Shown here: piece by piece, positions 35,298-48,072 of the stretch
How positions within the stretch are numbered: the first letter of the stretch is position 1
Layout: each line of letters begins with the position of its first letter
Assembly (NCBI GenBank): GCA_040437565.1
Contig: JBDOQK010000010.1
Coordinates: 434,001-498,000, forward strand
DNA: 64,000 bases
Source: Albugo candida
Lineage: Eukaryota
Direction: 5' to 3'
Program-made: the position numbers and the translations under genes
Notes under the pieces: model-generated
Told to the model about the DNA's origin: nothing
The model's input: only the letters and a program-made list of their open reading frames with translations
Database searches by the model: none

Positions 35298-38195
35298 ATG
35301 GCAAATGAGGTAACACAAGCGGCAACTTTGACCTCTTCTTCAAAGCAGCCAATGCATAAGGCGGAAGAAGAAAAAGAGCTTTCTGGAAACAAGACTATCG
35401 AAAAACCTAACTTAATATCTCCTTATCAGACAGCAGACGGAAACAGCGCTTGTGTTCTTTCCCCTTCTTCTAATTCTATCCGACCGAACAGTTCTCAGAC
35501 GCCTGGCGCCTCATTGAGGCCTAATCCCTCCATAACGAGCTATTCCATGCAACTTCCACTATCACCGACGCTGATGAGAAATTTAGGTGACCGATCTTAT
35601 GACAAGCGGAAGGGTGCGGCCATGGAGCTGGAGAACCTGATCAAACAATGGCAAGAGATGGAAGATAAAACGGGATCGCAGTCATCAGAGGTTATCAGCT
35701 CGCCTACTTCACGTAGTATTATCACTTCTTCGGTGCAAGAGTTCAATCGGAATCGACAAAGGATTTCGGCGGTTATCGACTTACTCGGCAAAGAGTTTGC
35801 CTGCTCGACAAATGCAAATCACAGAAAAGGAGGACTGATTGGATTAGCAGCGACGGCAATTGGTCTCATGCATGAAGCTCACTCGTATCTGAACAAGCTT
35901 TTACCGCCTGTATTGCATTGCTTTGACGATCCTGAAAGCAGAGTGAGGTATTATGCGTGTGAATCACTGTACAATATTGCCAAAGTTGCAAGAGGTCACA
36001 TTTTGCACTACTTCAATCAAATTTTTGATGGGTTATGTAAGGTACGCACCCATACAATACATTGATGTTTGGAAGTCGTTCGATTTGGACTCATATAGAT
36101 GATAGCTGTTTGCAGACGTCGACGTGGATGTCAAGAATGGGGCAAATCTGTTAGATCGCCTTGTCAAAGATATCGTTACAGAGAGTGAATATTTCGATGT
36201 TGACATGTTCATTCCACTTCTCCACAAGTACATTAGAATGACGAACCCGTACATTCGTCAGCTGCTGGTACGCTTAGAACTAAGCAGTTTTGCGGCTAAA
36301 CAAACTATCTATTGTAGGTAGGGTGGATCACGGTTCTCGACTCCGTACCGGACATTGATATGCTCGACTGGCTTCCAGAATTTCTCGATGGCTTGTTCAA
36401 CATGCTGAGTGACGGGAATCGAGAGATACGACAGGCAGCTGACAGCGCATTGGCAGAGTTTTTAAGAGAGATCAAGCAGTCCACACAAGTGGAATATGGG
36501 CGTATGGTTGACATCCTGGTCCATCAATGCCAATCAAAAGAGCGATTCAATCGCTTGACAGCAATCATTTGGGTTCATGAGTTTGTTAATTTGGGCCGGG
36601 AGCAACTTGTCAGCTTTTATGATCATTTGCTTTGCGCAATTATGCACTGCATTTCAGACGCTGAGCATGAGATTAGGCAAGTTGCTGAACGAGCAAATGA
36701 AGATCTCCTGGAACTCGTGAAATCGACAAAGCAAGATATGGAGTACCTTCCATTCATGCAAAAGCTCGATAGTGAGTTAGTGAGTGATCATGTACCTACG
36801 CGAATGGCTGCCTTGCGCTGGATTGCAATGTTATTAGAGAAAGCACCCCAAGAAATTGCATCTCAGACCAACTGCTTCTTGCCAACTCTTTTGAAGACTT
36901 TGTCCGATGTTTCCGATGCCGTTGTACTGTTAGACCTCGAAGTCCTGGCTCGGATATCTATGAATAAGCACGAGTTTGAAAAAGTTCTCAATGCTATTCT
37001 GATTTTATTCGCTAATGATCGACGACTACTGGAGACGCGTGGAAGTCTGATTGTGCGCAAATTGTGCGTCTTACTGGATGCTAAACGTATTTACATGATA
37101 TTTGCCAAAGTGCTGGTCAGTATGGAAAACGAAAAGCTTGCATCACTCAATCAAGAAGATGGAGGCACATTAATAGTCACGGAAGCTACCGAAAAAAATG
37201 AGGATGGTGAGAATAGTGGTACCAGTGAAACTCAAGTCATCAAACCAGGCTCGCATCAATTTGATCCAGAGTTCGCTTCGGTGATGGTCCAAACATTAAA
37301 TTTGATTTTATTGACCGCAACAGAATTGGAGAATCTGCGTCAAAGTTTGCGGCAGAGTTTCCAGGCAGACGCCAGCCTGAAAGATATACAAGTTTTCACG
37401 GTAAGGCTCGATGCAACAGCATGGTAACTTGCTATCCTTTTTGTGTATGTAGACTTTATTCCAGTCATGGTGCTACAATCCGGTTGCTGTCTTCAGTTTA
37501 TGTCTACTGGCTCAATCGTACTCTTTATCGTCCGCGTTGATCAGCAAATTATATCCTTTGATAGTCCAAAGACACTAGTTTTTATCGAGCTTGCAAATGG
37601 TCTCTTACATCAACTAATACTGCAGAAATTGATGCATCCGTAGGCTTCCTCATGCAAATTGACAAGCTCGTGCAGCTGCTGGAGTCACCGATATTCATCC
37701 GTAAGATGACGGACCGCACATGCGTCCTCTCTGATGTGACATCGGCGTGTAGATCTGCGACTACAATTACTAGATCTTGAGCAAGAATACCACCCCGACC
37801 TGATACGAAGTCTGTACGGGCTGCTGATGCTTCTTCCACAGGCAGGCTTCCTTGTGCTTGATGTTCATTACGTCCCGTGCGTAATTGAGTTTGCAGAGCG
37901 CAGCGTTTCGGATTTTGCGGGATCGGCTGGCAAGCGTCACGAATATGGCAACAGCTATCGGGCACAAGACTGAGCGTTCACGACGTGTCAATACACCCGC
38001 TTCCGAGTCTGATTTAGAAGAAAAAGCTCAAGTGAGTTCATCCTTGGTCGAGACAAAAGTATTGCTGGACCGATTTGTCGATGTACAACGCAATTTTGTC
38101 TCATCCACGCGGAAAGGTACGAAGGGCGTGCTTTGAAGGCATAGGCACTATTTGTTTTTTTAGCAGCAGGAACTTCGAAGAATGCATTTGATTGA
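35298..38195 (+). CDS. VAC14: VAC14 homolog (PIKfyve/Fab1 complex scaffold), multi-exon
   Basis: LGDRSYDKRKGAAMELE, NHRKGGLIGLAA, RVRYYACESLYNIAKV, DVKNGANLLDRLVKDIV, LLETRGSLIVRKLC, FASVMVQTLNLILLTATEL, QIDKLVQLLESPIF and SLYGLLMLLPQ. The last exon end is inferred. Confidence 0.97.
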
Positions 38196-39326
38196 TTGCC
38201 CACAAACAACTCACACTTTGAAAGATACTATTTCGATCGAGCATGTCAGTTTTTGAATTTGAAGCAATCGCCGGGGAGTTGAAAGGGAGGTTTGAATGTG
38301 TTTTGAAGGAGGCTGACCTGTACGAATCAATGATCCTCTCGGAAGAGCAGGCTGTATGGAATCAGAATTCTCAGTGAAGGCACCTTTATCGGAGATATTG
38401 AAATCTCTTTGGTGAAGCATCATAAATAACTAGGAGAGATTGCGTGTGATGTGTTAATGTACTTTACTGATTTGAATCGACGCTTATCATTTTATTGGTC
38501 TTGATGCTACTCTGTTGATTCCCACCTCCACTCTGTCGTCGAAGGACAGTGTCGGAATCGCTTGCTACTACTATCGCTCGTGTGATTAATTGACAATCTC
38601 CACGTTGCATCATTTATCTTTCATGGAATTGAAGAAACTCAGCTACAAAAGAAGGATTTTACGTGTCGCTAAACTAAGATCCTCTTGTGGTTTTGTAATG
38701 GGATTGTCGCTGCCAAAGCAAAAGAATGAATGCACAATTTGACATTCTCGTGTCCCACCTCGCTACAACTGCAACCTGATATTCCTCGACGACGACTCTT
38801 TTAGAGCATCAAGACTATCAAAGCATCAATCGTGCTCTCAAATGCTCTCAGCAGCGCGTGCTGCCACTATCTCACACATGGAGCAAGTCCAATATTCAGT
38901 CGAGATAAATAGAACAGACAAGGGGAAGAACATCTATGCAATTCAATTCATTTTTTTTTATTCGCAAGTCGGCTCATTCGCTGCATCGTTTGCGAAGCGC
39001 GTTAGGAACGGCCCCGCTGTATTATTACATCATCATATCGGAACCGTATCAGCAATATTGATCTTGCGGTCAAGATGTTACCATCTCTGCGCGCTGCTGT
39101 TTATACGCAGAATTATGGTAATGGATAGAAGAAGTTGGACAAGAGTATGTAGTTATCGGTGTGTTTGAGGAATTGTAAAGACTGCAAAGTAATTGTAAGA
39201 ATTTTTGTCAAATAGTGCATATGTGATCAATATGCTGTTAGCCCATTGTCTGCACTTTCACCTCATATTCGAAGATTAACAAAAGGTGTAAAGAACAGTC
39301 GAGTGCACATCTAATTGTATCAGTCA

Positions 39327-40585
39327 ATGGTTTATAGGTCGATCATCTCGAGGGCTCAGTTTCTGATCAGGCAACGCACTTTCGCTACAAAAGGGTCCAT
39401 TCGAGAGCAAAGAATCGGAATAATTGGTTTGGGATCCATCGGAACGGTTTACTTTGCACGAATTGGGGCTTGGCTGCGCTCGAGCTCGGCTTCCAGACTC
39501 GAGCGATGGACGTTGGATGGACTTGTGAAACGTGAAGCGTATGAGAAAGCCGCAGCAACATGTATCAATTCAGACACAATTCGATTTCACCAAAGTCACA
39601 AAACTGAGCACATAAACAGCATTGAGAATTCAGCCTCAATTCATTCGCATTCACATATCAAAACAGCCAAAACCGACTCTTGCAAAATACTTTGCTATGA
39701 CGAAGCTTTGAAAGAGACGAATGTAAAGGTTGATGGTGGCACAATGTATGACGTGCTGATAATATGTGTCAAAGCCTACGATATCGCTTCTGTTTGGCAG
39801 CGTCTAGAGGCCCGCAATGATCTTTTGCACAAATATGGTACCATCATCTGGGTACACAACGGCCTCACCAACACTCAGCTGCTGCGTTATAGTGCGAGAA
39901 AGCCTTCCTGGAGGAATTATAGAGCTATTGTCTCTTTTGGAGCACAGCTGAAAGCTTTTGGTCACGTGGAAGCATGTGGAATCGATAGACCAACTTCCTT
40001 TGGCGCGATAGAAAATAGTAGGCACGTTGCGAGTTCCACACAGGAAAACGATACGATCAATAGCATCCTATCCATGCTGAATGCAGCAGGACTACCTTCT
40101 CAGCTTGAAAGTCATCAAAAGTTTAACGACATCGTGTGGCACAAAGCGATTATTAATGCTGGTATCAATCCGATTTGCTCTTTATTGAATGGAACCAACT
40201 ATTGCTTACTGCAAAACAAGTGGAGCCAAAAGTGCTTGGAAATGATTGTAAAAGAATGTCTGATCGTTGCGCATCGCGAGAACGCACTCAAAACGATCAA
40301 TTTACAGTCCATGATGAGAGATGTCAATAAGGTTGCTTTAGACACAAAGACGAATATATGCTCCATGCTTGCGGATTTGCGAAAAAAACACAGGTACGCA
40401 CCATGCTTGCGCGAATCGCGGAATCGCGATCAATCCGTTTATGTAGAACTGAGATCGAGCTGATCACTGGAAGCGTGATCGCAAAAGCACAAAATCATAA
40501 TATCGCAACTCCGGTCAATGAATTTGTGCTGAATCTAATCAAGGCTTTAGAGGCCAACTCCATCAATGTGGCAGAAATGATGTAA
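39327..40585 (+). CDS. panE: Ketopantoate reductase (PanE/ApbA family), one intron at 40394-40446
   Basis: GIIGLGSIG Rossmann motif, CVKAYD, HNGL, WHKAIINAGINP, SMLADL...R|TEIELITG and TPVN. Arg-rich N-terminal extension. Confidence 0.9.
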
Positions 40586-40722
40586 AGGATGAATTGACGA
40601 GCTGTCTCACAGAATCATAAGACCTGCGATTCCGATTCCAACGGAATGTGTCACGTGAAATTGCGCAACTTCATTTGAGATTGCTCTATTGTGTGATGTC
40701 AATGAATTAGACCAAAGTCGGA

Positions 40723-43700
40723 CTACATTTGGATCTTGCTCAAATACTTGACGAGACAGAGCGTATGCTGCAGTTGCTCCTGAAGGTGGCTCCATTGCTT
40801 CTGTTGAAGCATTCCAACGTGAACCACTTGCTTCAGTAAAGCTTCATCGTTGATAAATATCTGTTCATAAATTTTGAGAAAACGATTCAGGTACACTTGT
40901 AACAGCTGAAAGTGTTGGTGAGTTGCCAGCATTTCTTGCAGAAAGTCGAGAAATTTGGATAAGAGTTCTTTTCCATCCGCATCAAATTCACCCAAACACA
41001 ATGTGCTTAGCTCTACATCGACGGATGAGGCCGAGAGAGCCTGTAAATATGCCAGCACTTTATGGGCGTCATACGCTGAATCCTCCAGTAAAACAGCCAG
41101 TTTGCATCGAGATGAAATCAGCTTCGAGCTCTTGAGTATACGTGAAGTGCTCGAGAATCCTTCCTCTTGCTGGCCACTGATGGTCTCTTTGTCCGTACTC
41201 GCAGTCTCACTATTCCAACCCGCCCAACCAGAGTCATCCTGGTCTACATCATTTGTCCAACCTTCCATTGACGTAGAATCTAATGACTTCTTGGGGACCG
41301 CTGGAACAAATGCTGCACTCGATGCATCTTTTCGTATCGATGGGAGAAAAAATGGAGCTTTTTCCGGGGCTTTTGGTGGTTCTATTGGTTTGTTTCTTTT
41401 CTTGATGAGTTCCAAGTGGAAAAGAGATTGCCATAATGCCTTTGGTGCCGTCGATAGTGTGATCAAATTAGAACCAAGAGGAGATGTATCCCGCACAGAT
41501 TTGCTTGTCAGCAACAAGGTTTCGCTAGGAGCCCCATCTAAATTGTCCATATCCAAAATGTCGACGTTCTCGAGAAGTATCGATGCCTCTTCCGCTTCTT
41601 GTGTTGGTGTCGGCAGATCAAGAAGAGTAGGAGTGCTTGGTTCCATATCAACAAAGACATCGGCAAAGAATGTTCGATTTGCCCATAGATATATCCCAAG
41701 CTGTCCTACATGCGTTGTGGCGATAAACTCGCTTGTTGAAGAGATGGTGAGACCCGTCACTGGCTGCTGAAATCGTACCCAGTCGATACATTTGCCTGTC
41801 GGAATATCCCAAACGCGCATAGAAGCATCTGCTGAGCATGATAAGAGCCATCGAGCGTCATTACTAAAGCTCATGTCCTTGATACAATGCGTATGCCCAC
41901 GAAAGCGACGCACCAATTTACGAGTGCTCGCATCATACAGTCGAAGAATGTGATCATCAGACGCAATTGCGATGAGATTCGAGTCCCGATGCAGCTCAAG
42001 TTGACTTATCGGAATTCCCAGATCAATTTCATCGATGAAAAGATGCTTAAAAAAGTCCCAAAACTTCAGCTTGCCGTCCATTCCAGCCGACATGACAAGA
42101 TTATTAGTGGCATCTACTGCCACACCAGTCACCACTCCCTGATGTTGGTGAACGATAGAGGTATCTTCTTGTGATTCCTGAGTCGAAGTGATGTGTGCAA
42201 GTGATGCAGACAGAGTCGGTTTTGGTGTCGCCGCAGTCGGATAAGACCCTCGTCTTTCACTGGATTGCATGTTGTACTTGAACAATGCACCTCCAAGGGA
42301 TCCAATGATGGCGAAATGTCCACAAGAGCTTATTGTGCATGAAGTGGCTTGGGTTTGTAGTCGCCAATGGTGCTCTTGACTGCCGATATGGACATGATGA
42401 CTTGGATCATACTGACGGAGAATCTTCTTCCCGATCGCTCGATGCTCAAAGCGCCAAACATAAGCGGCGATCTCAGTCTGGTGACAAGTAACGAGATTGG
42501 CCCAGTCTCGTTCACGTGTCTCCATAGCTGCAAACTGGATGATGGGTGAAAGCTTGAGCTCCTCGACTGGTACGTGCAGCTTTTTAGCCTTTTTCAGAAT
42601 TGGGCCTTGAGAGAGCTCTTGACTCTGTTGCTCACGAACGGTATGAAATACACGAAAAGATCGATCTTGACCGGCAGAGAGAATCTGACAGCATGTTCCA
42701 TCGGCACCGTCTCGAATAGAAGCCATTGTGTTGTTCCCATAATAACGTATTCGCTTTGGAGGAGCTTTATGTCCTTGCCGACTCTTTAGCAATCGTGCTT
42801 GTCCTTGTGAGTCAAAGATCCACACTTTAAGTGCATTATCCGTTCCAGAAGAGATTAAAAGAGACTCGTTGGGAAGAAACACCAAAGAAGTGATAGAGCC
42901 GTCATGAGCTCCTGGAAGGATCGTTTCTAGTCTCTGACGCTGCAAATTCCAAACAGCGATATCCCCGTTGAATGATCCAGAGACCATTATTGGTATGGAT
43001 GCACTCGCGTCACTTTGGAAAGCGATCGCTGTTGCCTTGCTTTCCTGTTTGAATTCCATTAAAAGTTGATCGTACTGGAGATTGTGTATCATCACACGGC
43101 CATCCGCCAAACCAATTGCTACCACGTCTACTGCGGGACTTTGAGTGATACAGCACACAGATTGACTGTCCCATCCTGTAAACTTATATACTCGCTTTTT
43201 TGTGCGAACATTCCAGAGCTCCAGTGTTCCCTCATGCGATCCAACGAGAATTTTGTTGAGGTATGTTGCGGGATGCATCATCACAGACGGGGTGAATAAT
43301 CTTCCAAACTCGAGTTCCTCAATGTGTTCCAACGTGCTATATCACAACAGTCAACAAGACTGCATCTGAAAATCGATCAATTGGGAGCTCAGCTTACTTG
43401 ACATCCCAAATTCGGATAGAATTTGCGTCGTCCAAAGAGAATAACAGTGTTCCAATCACAAGAAGCTGCATTTTAAGGGAAGGTGAGTTTGATTTCACCA
43501 GCGTGCGAATGACTCACCTGCTGAATGTCTCCTTTATGGCGCTTTAGCACACCGACTTGATGAAGACGTTTCCATACGAATATGACGCGACCGCAGGCTG
43601 TAAATGTGAGGCTTTTGCGCGAATATGCTTCTATCGCGCTGATTTTTTTGCATGAGAGCTGCGGAGAAACCATTACAGGAGTCAATTTCGCGCAATTATA

Positions 43701-43856
43701 AATGACAAAAGCTTTCTTTATTGAAGCCAATAAAAAAGTCTCATTTCCCATTCGATACGTTACAATCGGAATATCATCGACAATGAGACCGACAGCGCGA
43801 AAGCTTTGCAACAAGCGACTCGATTTGCGCTGTGCGAGCGATTCAGAAAGCGTCAT
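40723..43856 (-). CDS. UTP21: U3 snoRNP WD40 protein UTP21/WDR36 (exons 43856-43518, 43465-43398, 43336-40723)
   Basis: HPATYLNKI, QSPAVDVVAIG, DNALKVWIFD, GHKAPP, IKKRNKPIEPPKAPEKAPFFLP and a Utp21-type C-terminal helical domain (LLQVYLNRFLKI). Confidence 0.96.
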
Positions 43857-44742
43857 CGTGGCTCAATATTGGATGAATGGATGGGCAGCCAATCGAATAA
43901 GTACCCGAACCTATGCGTAGGTGCGAGTCGGGTGGCGATGCGAGCGTCGTTGGATACATGACGACCTAGAGTTATGTTATCTTAAAGCATATTTTTTTAG
44001 AAATTATCAGATTCCGTACGGCATATTCATTAGTGTAGGCGCATGCACGCTTCTCGTACCATACAAAAAAAAAGAATTTGCTGGAAATTTGATTAATTTT
44101 GTCATTTCTAGATTTTATATCCAAAATTTCAGAAATATTCGTGCAGATGCAAAGCCATCTTCGAAATTCGAAAGGAAGAGAATAATTGCTCGACTATTGT
44201 GAAAACATACAAGCATGTAGAAAAGGAACAAACCATGAGACCATCAGGTAGGTCAAGCCCGCATCAACCTCCTTCTACCTTCCATTGTCACACTACTCTA
44301 TGCAGTCGTCAATCTTCAAGAGAGCATTCATATAGAATCTCTCTTTCCCGACAAACGCTTGTCTCATAACTATACAAACTGGAGTATTCGCGTAGTTATA
44401 CGAGTAGCCCAATAGACCGGGCGCAACTCATTAAATGGCGGACGAATGAATCCTTATGTTTACCGCTTATTTGTAATGTTTTCTTACCGCTTGCCCATCT
44501 CTCTCGGGCTGAATTGCTTGAATTCTTACCTATCCCCACTGGCGTACGAAACTCGCTCTCGAATATTGTCATTTATAGGCTGTCGACAGTGCGCCTCCAT
44601 CGTCGCTAAAGCCATCACAAGTTGTACTTGAGATTCTTTATTTTTTCTTTAGTCATTTCCATCACCTTGCGTACTACATAACCAAAGTTATCGTGACCAC
44701 ACAAGCAATTTTTGCATTTTTCGGTATAATATTTGAACACTG

Positions 44743-47343
44743 ATGGATCCACGCGCGAAATTAAGATCCTTACATGAAGGATTGGCTTCACTAGATTGTC
44801 GTCAAGTTTCCATTATGTCTAATACGGAAGAAGAAATTCGAACGCCTTCTTTCTCTCATTTTGAATCGCAAAATCCGTCTCTCACAGTACAAGAGACGGA
44901 ATATCTCGTCAAAAAAGCTGATGATTCATGCAAAGCTGTGATCCAGCACGGACATACGCTATCAGGCCCTAAAAATTGGCAGTGTATCGGTAAGCATTGT
45001 GGAATCGCCATGTACCGAGGAGAAGCCCCATCGATGGAAGATGGGATTGATACAACTTCTTCGCAATGTACCCGGCAGTTTGTATGTGGCATCATGACAA
45101 TCGTTGGGTCTATCGAAGATGTCGCGAATTATTTCGATCAATCCACAACAGCTGGAATGAAAGTGAAGCAGGCGGACGATATTTTGGACTCTCGTGTGTT
45201 ATATTCTCTTGTTTCTGGATCGTCCGAGCGTCCATTTCATCGAGTGGCTATAAAGTATGTGGCCTGGCAACCTCCAGCCGCATTGACACACACAAGAGAT
45301 TTGTGTTATTTGGAGTGTCAAGATACATTTCAGCACTCTTCTGGACGACGTGGATGGGCGTTGAGCATGCACTCCATTGAACTACCGTCATGTCCTCACC
45401 GAAGTGGCATTATACGCTGTAGTATCTATAATTCGGGATATGTCTTTGTGGAATCTGAAAATGCAGGCTATTTACATGTGCTTCATACGCTACAAATCAA
45501 TTTTAAAGGCCATTTGCCGGCTTTTGTCGTCAATCAAGCACTGCGCAAACGGGTGACAAGTATGACAAGCGTGCGGGACGAATTGCTCTTCCTTCGTCTT
45601 AGTCGAAAGAAACTCTTGCATCGAGAAGAACTGATACCGAAAAGCACGCGATCGACGTGTGGTAATTGTCAACGACGATTTAATCCGCTTTTCACGCGTA
45701 AAACGCGATGTCGTGTTTGTGGCCAAGTTTTGTGTCAGAAATGTGCACCGATAGTATCGTTTAAAAACGCGGAGGAGCAAATTCTAAAGCTACAAAGTAT
45801 GAAGATTCGCGTTTGTGACCAGTGTTTGCGCGAAAGCTGCAGTACAAACAAATTCAGTCCAATTCGCACAACTCCGACTCCGAATAAAGTGATATCGATT
45901 TCGGGTGAAGCCTGGAAGTCAAAGCATTGGAACCATGACCTCCAGAAATCTCGTGCCGAGCAACGCGTAAGCACGATCCTCTATGAAAGCGAGGAAGAAA
46001 TGCCCGAAAATGAGCTAGACGTCATCAACGTGTTTGCACCTCCACGGGATCCTTGTGACGAAAGTAGTGGATCATCGGATTCGAAAATAAGGCGGCCAGA
46101 GGACATCATGCGAACATTTTTGTGGGCGCCAAGTACGTTGGATGCATCCACAACAAGCTACAGACCGGCAGAACGAGACCAAGCAATCCACGAGACAGCT
46201 TCTGTAGACGAAGAATTGCTCGACTCGCTTAAAGGAAATGATCAAAATTGTGAGTCGAACAAAAAACCTGGAGGCCGATCACTGACTGATAAAATTGAGT
46301 GGGTCCAAAAAGTGTTTTCGCAGTCCAGCACGAGGATCGACAGAGGTTCGTTCTGGGGTCGGCTTTCTGGATCTACGAAAACAACGAATACTGAAGACCA
46401 CAATTTGACTCGTTCTGTCAGTGTATTACAGGACCCTCGAGTGTGTAGTATGTCCCGATCAACGATGATTGCTGAAAACTATGTCCGTACACTTCGCCGA
46501 CCTTCATCGACAACTGCGCTTGATTTGACACTCAGGCCAAATTGCTTCCAAGAGAGCTCATCCAGTACGATGAACATCAATCCGCGCTCTTTATCAGCCG
46601 AAAAGCTCCCAGAACCTTCTTCATTGGCTTCCTCCGCAAGCAACTTTGATTACGTGAGCACTCCGATTTTCACTGAAGCAGCCTCTCTTTCCTTCTCCGA
46701 TGGGAGAAGTCGTCTCCACTCAACCGCTTCCGAGCATGTTGAAATACCTGATCACCATGAACCAGGCTCTGGGTACGAGTCGACAGACTCTGACAATGCG
46801 CTAAACAGGCTTCGGAAAAGCTCTTACAGCACCTACAATGGCGATGACTGTGCGTCTGAGCTGAGTGACACGAGATCCCGAGGTGCTTCCATCCTATCGG
46901 ATTTCTGTTTTTCTGTGGACCATCAAGAGGACTCTTCTACCTTTGACGCACTGCGATTTCAGCCCTCACCCAAGCAGCGTGGATCATCTCTGGATTACGA
47001 AGAAATCAGTGCATCCTACGATCCAACACCTTTCACGTGCATTAACGACCACGAGAGTACAGCGGTATCTTTGACTGCATCTCCGTCGACTTGTGCGTCA
47101 TTCACAGAGAGCATGAACAGCGATCAGATGCCATTCACCGCTTTGGAGCGCGCGGATCCTGAATCATGGAAAGATTCGGAAGCGATGCGTTTCGCGCATG
47201 AGCAGCATCAGTCGCGCATGCAAGAACTTCAGCAGAAATTGGATTTTTTGGAGCAACAGAGCTGGTATGGGTCTAGTATCAATTCATCATTGGCGAGCGA
47301 CTCGGGATCAGTGCTGAGTCGAGACTCAATTCATATGCGATAG
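44743..47343 (+). CDS. START-like + FYVE zinc-finger protein with a long Ser-rich tail (oomycete-expanded type)
   Basis: START-like region RDLCYLECQD...GRRGWALSMHSIELPSCP...SGYVF. FYVE CGNCQRRF...RKTRCRVCGQVLCQKC...RVCDQC. Single 866-aa ORF. Confidence 0.88.
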   Translation: MDPRAKLRSLHEGLASLDCRQVSIMSNTEEEIRTPSFSHFESQNPSLTVQETEYLVKKADDSCKAVIQHGHTLSGPKNWQCIGKHCGIAMYRGEAPSMEDGIDTTSSQCTRQFVCGIMTIVGSIEDVANYFDQSTTAGMKVKQADDILDSRVLYSLVSGSSERPFHRVAIKYVAWQPPAALTHTRDLCYLECQDTFQHSSGRRGWALSMHSIELPSCPHRSGIIRCSIYNSGYVFVESENAGYLHVLHTLQINFKGHLPAFVVNQALRKRVTSMTSVRDELLFLRLSRKKLLHREELIPKSTRSTCGNCQRRFNPLFTRKTRCRVCGQVLCQKCAPIVSFKNAEEQILKLQSMKIRVCDQCLRESCSTNKFSPIRTTPTPNKVISISGEAWKSKHWNHDLQKSRAEQRVSTILYESEEEMPENELDVINVFAPPRDPCDESSGSSDSKIRRPEDIMRTFLWAPSTLDASTTSYRPAERDQAIHETASVDEELLDSLKGNDQNCESNKKPGGRSLTDKIEWVQKVFSQSSTRIDRGSFWGRLSGSTKTTNTEDHNLTRSVSVLQDPRVCSMSRSTMIAENYVRTLRRPSSTTALDLTLRPNCFQESSSSTMNINPRSLSAEKLPEPSSLASSASNFDYVSTPIFTEAASLSFSDGRSRLHSTASEHVEIPDHHEPGSGYESTDSDNALNRLRKSSYSTYNGDDCASELSDTRSRGASILSDFCFSVDHQEDSSTFDALRFQPSPKQRGSSLDYEEISASYDPTPFTCINDHESTAVSLTASPSTCASFTESMNSDQMPFTALERADPESWKDSEAMRFAHEQHQSRMQELQQKLDFLEQQSWYGSSINSSLASDSGSVLSRDSIHMR

Positions 47344-47429
47344 CGGTTGTCACTCTTGACTTGACATACATTTGTGAATGAATAGAGTACGTATAAAAGA
47401 GTAAGAAACTCCAATTAACAGTAATACTT

Positions 47430-47993
47430 CTAAGTGGCGTCATATGCAAACTCCGATGCTGCTTTGCGTCGCCATCCGCTTAGAAAACGAGACAAATTAC
47501 CCTGAGATTCGTACAACGCCATTGCGATATAAAGACACGATACAAAATGCCCAATGCACAAGATTCCGAATATTGCAGAGTACGGTAAACCGGCCATCTC
47601 CATGGTTTGATAACGCGCCGGGCGGAAGTTTTGCTTCTCTCGTATGAAGATCCATACACATACAAATAGAATTCCCGCCACATGATTCCAGTAGAGACCA
47701 GGAGGAATTGTTGATGCACTTGACGGCTGAAATACCTCAATGACTTGAGATATAAAGCCCACATAATCACGGTATGAAATATCGGATGAAGGATTCATCA
47801 GTTGCGCTACGATCACTTCGATGTCTTTCAGAGCCAAAAAACACATCATGAAGATGATTCCAAGCCATGCTGCCTTGACTATAGTAATCTTGGAATAGAA
47901 AGACTTCTTTTGGTGCAAGCTATACTGATCGTCGTTCATGTATTTCTCGTCGTGATCATCTGTATCGTCATCACTTTCTGCTCGAATGATCAT
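47430..47993 (-). CDS. Uncharacterised membrane protein (about 3 TM helices)
   Basis: Hydrophobic segments AWLGIIFMMCFLAL, VAGILFVCVWIFIRE and AIFGILCIGHFVSCLYIAMALYES. First ATG at 47993 (48011 is TTG). Confidence 0.65.
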   Translation of the reverse strand: MIIRAESDDDTDDHDEKYMNDDQYSLHQKKSFYSKITIVKAAWLGIIFMMCFLALKDIEVIVAQLMNPSSDISYRDYVGFISQVIEVFQPSSASTIPPGLYWNHVAGILFVCVWIFIREKQNFRPARYQTMEMAGLPYSAIFGILCIGHFVSCLYIAMALYESQGNLSRFLSGWRRKAASEFAYDAT

Positions 47994-48072
47994 ATTGCTT
48001 CCTGGCGTCAAAGTATGATATCTGGGGAGGATATGTATCGCGATAGGATATTAACACATACAGGTAAAGATC

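Noticed and set aside
38211-39168. Short ORFs between VAC14 and panE
   Set aside because: No consistent spliced model or motif could be built.
40955-41770. 271-aa + strand ORF
   Set aside because: Antisense shadow of UTP21.
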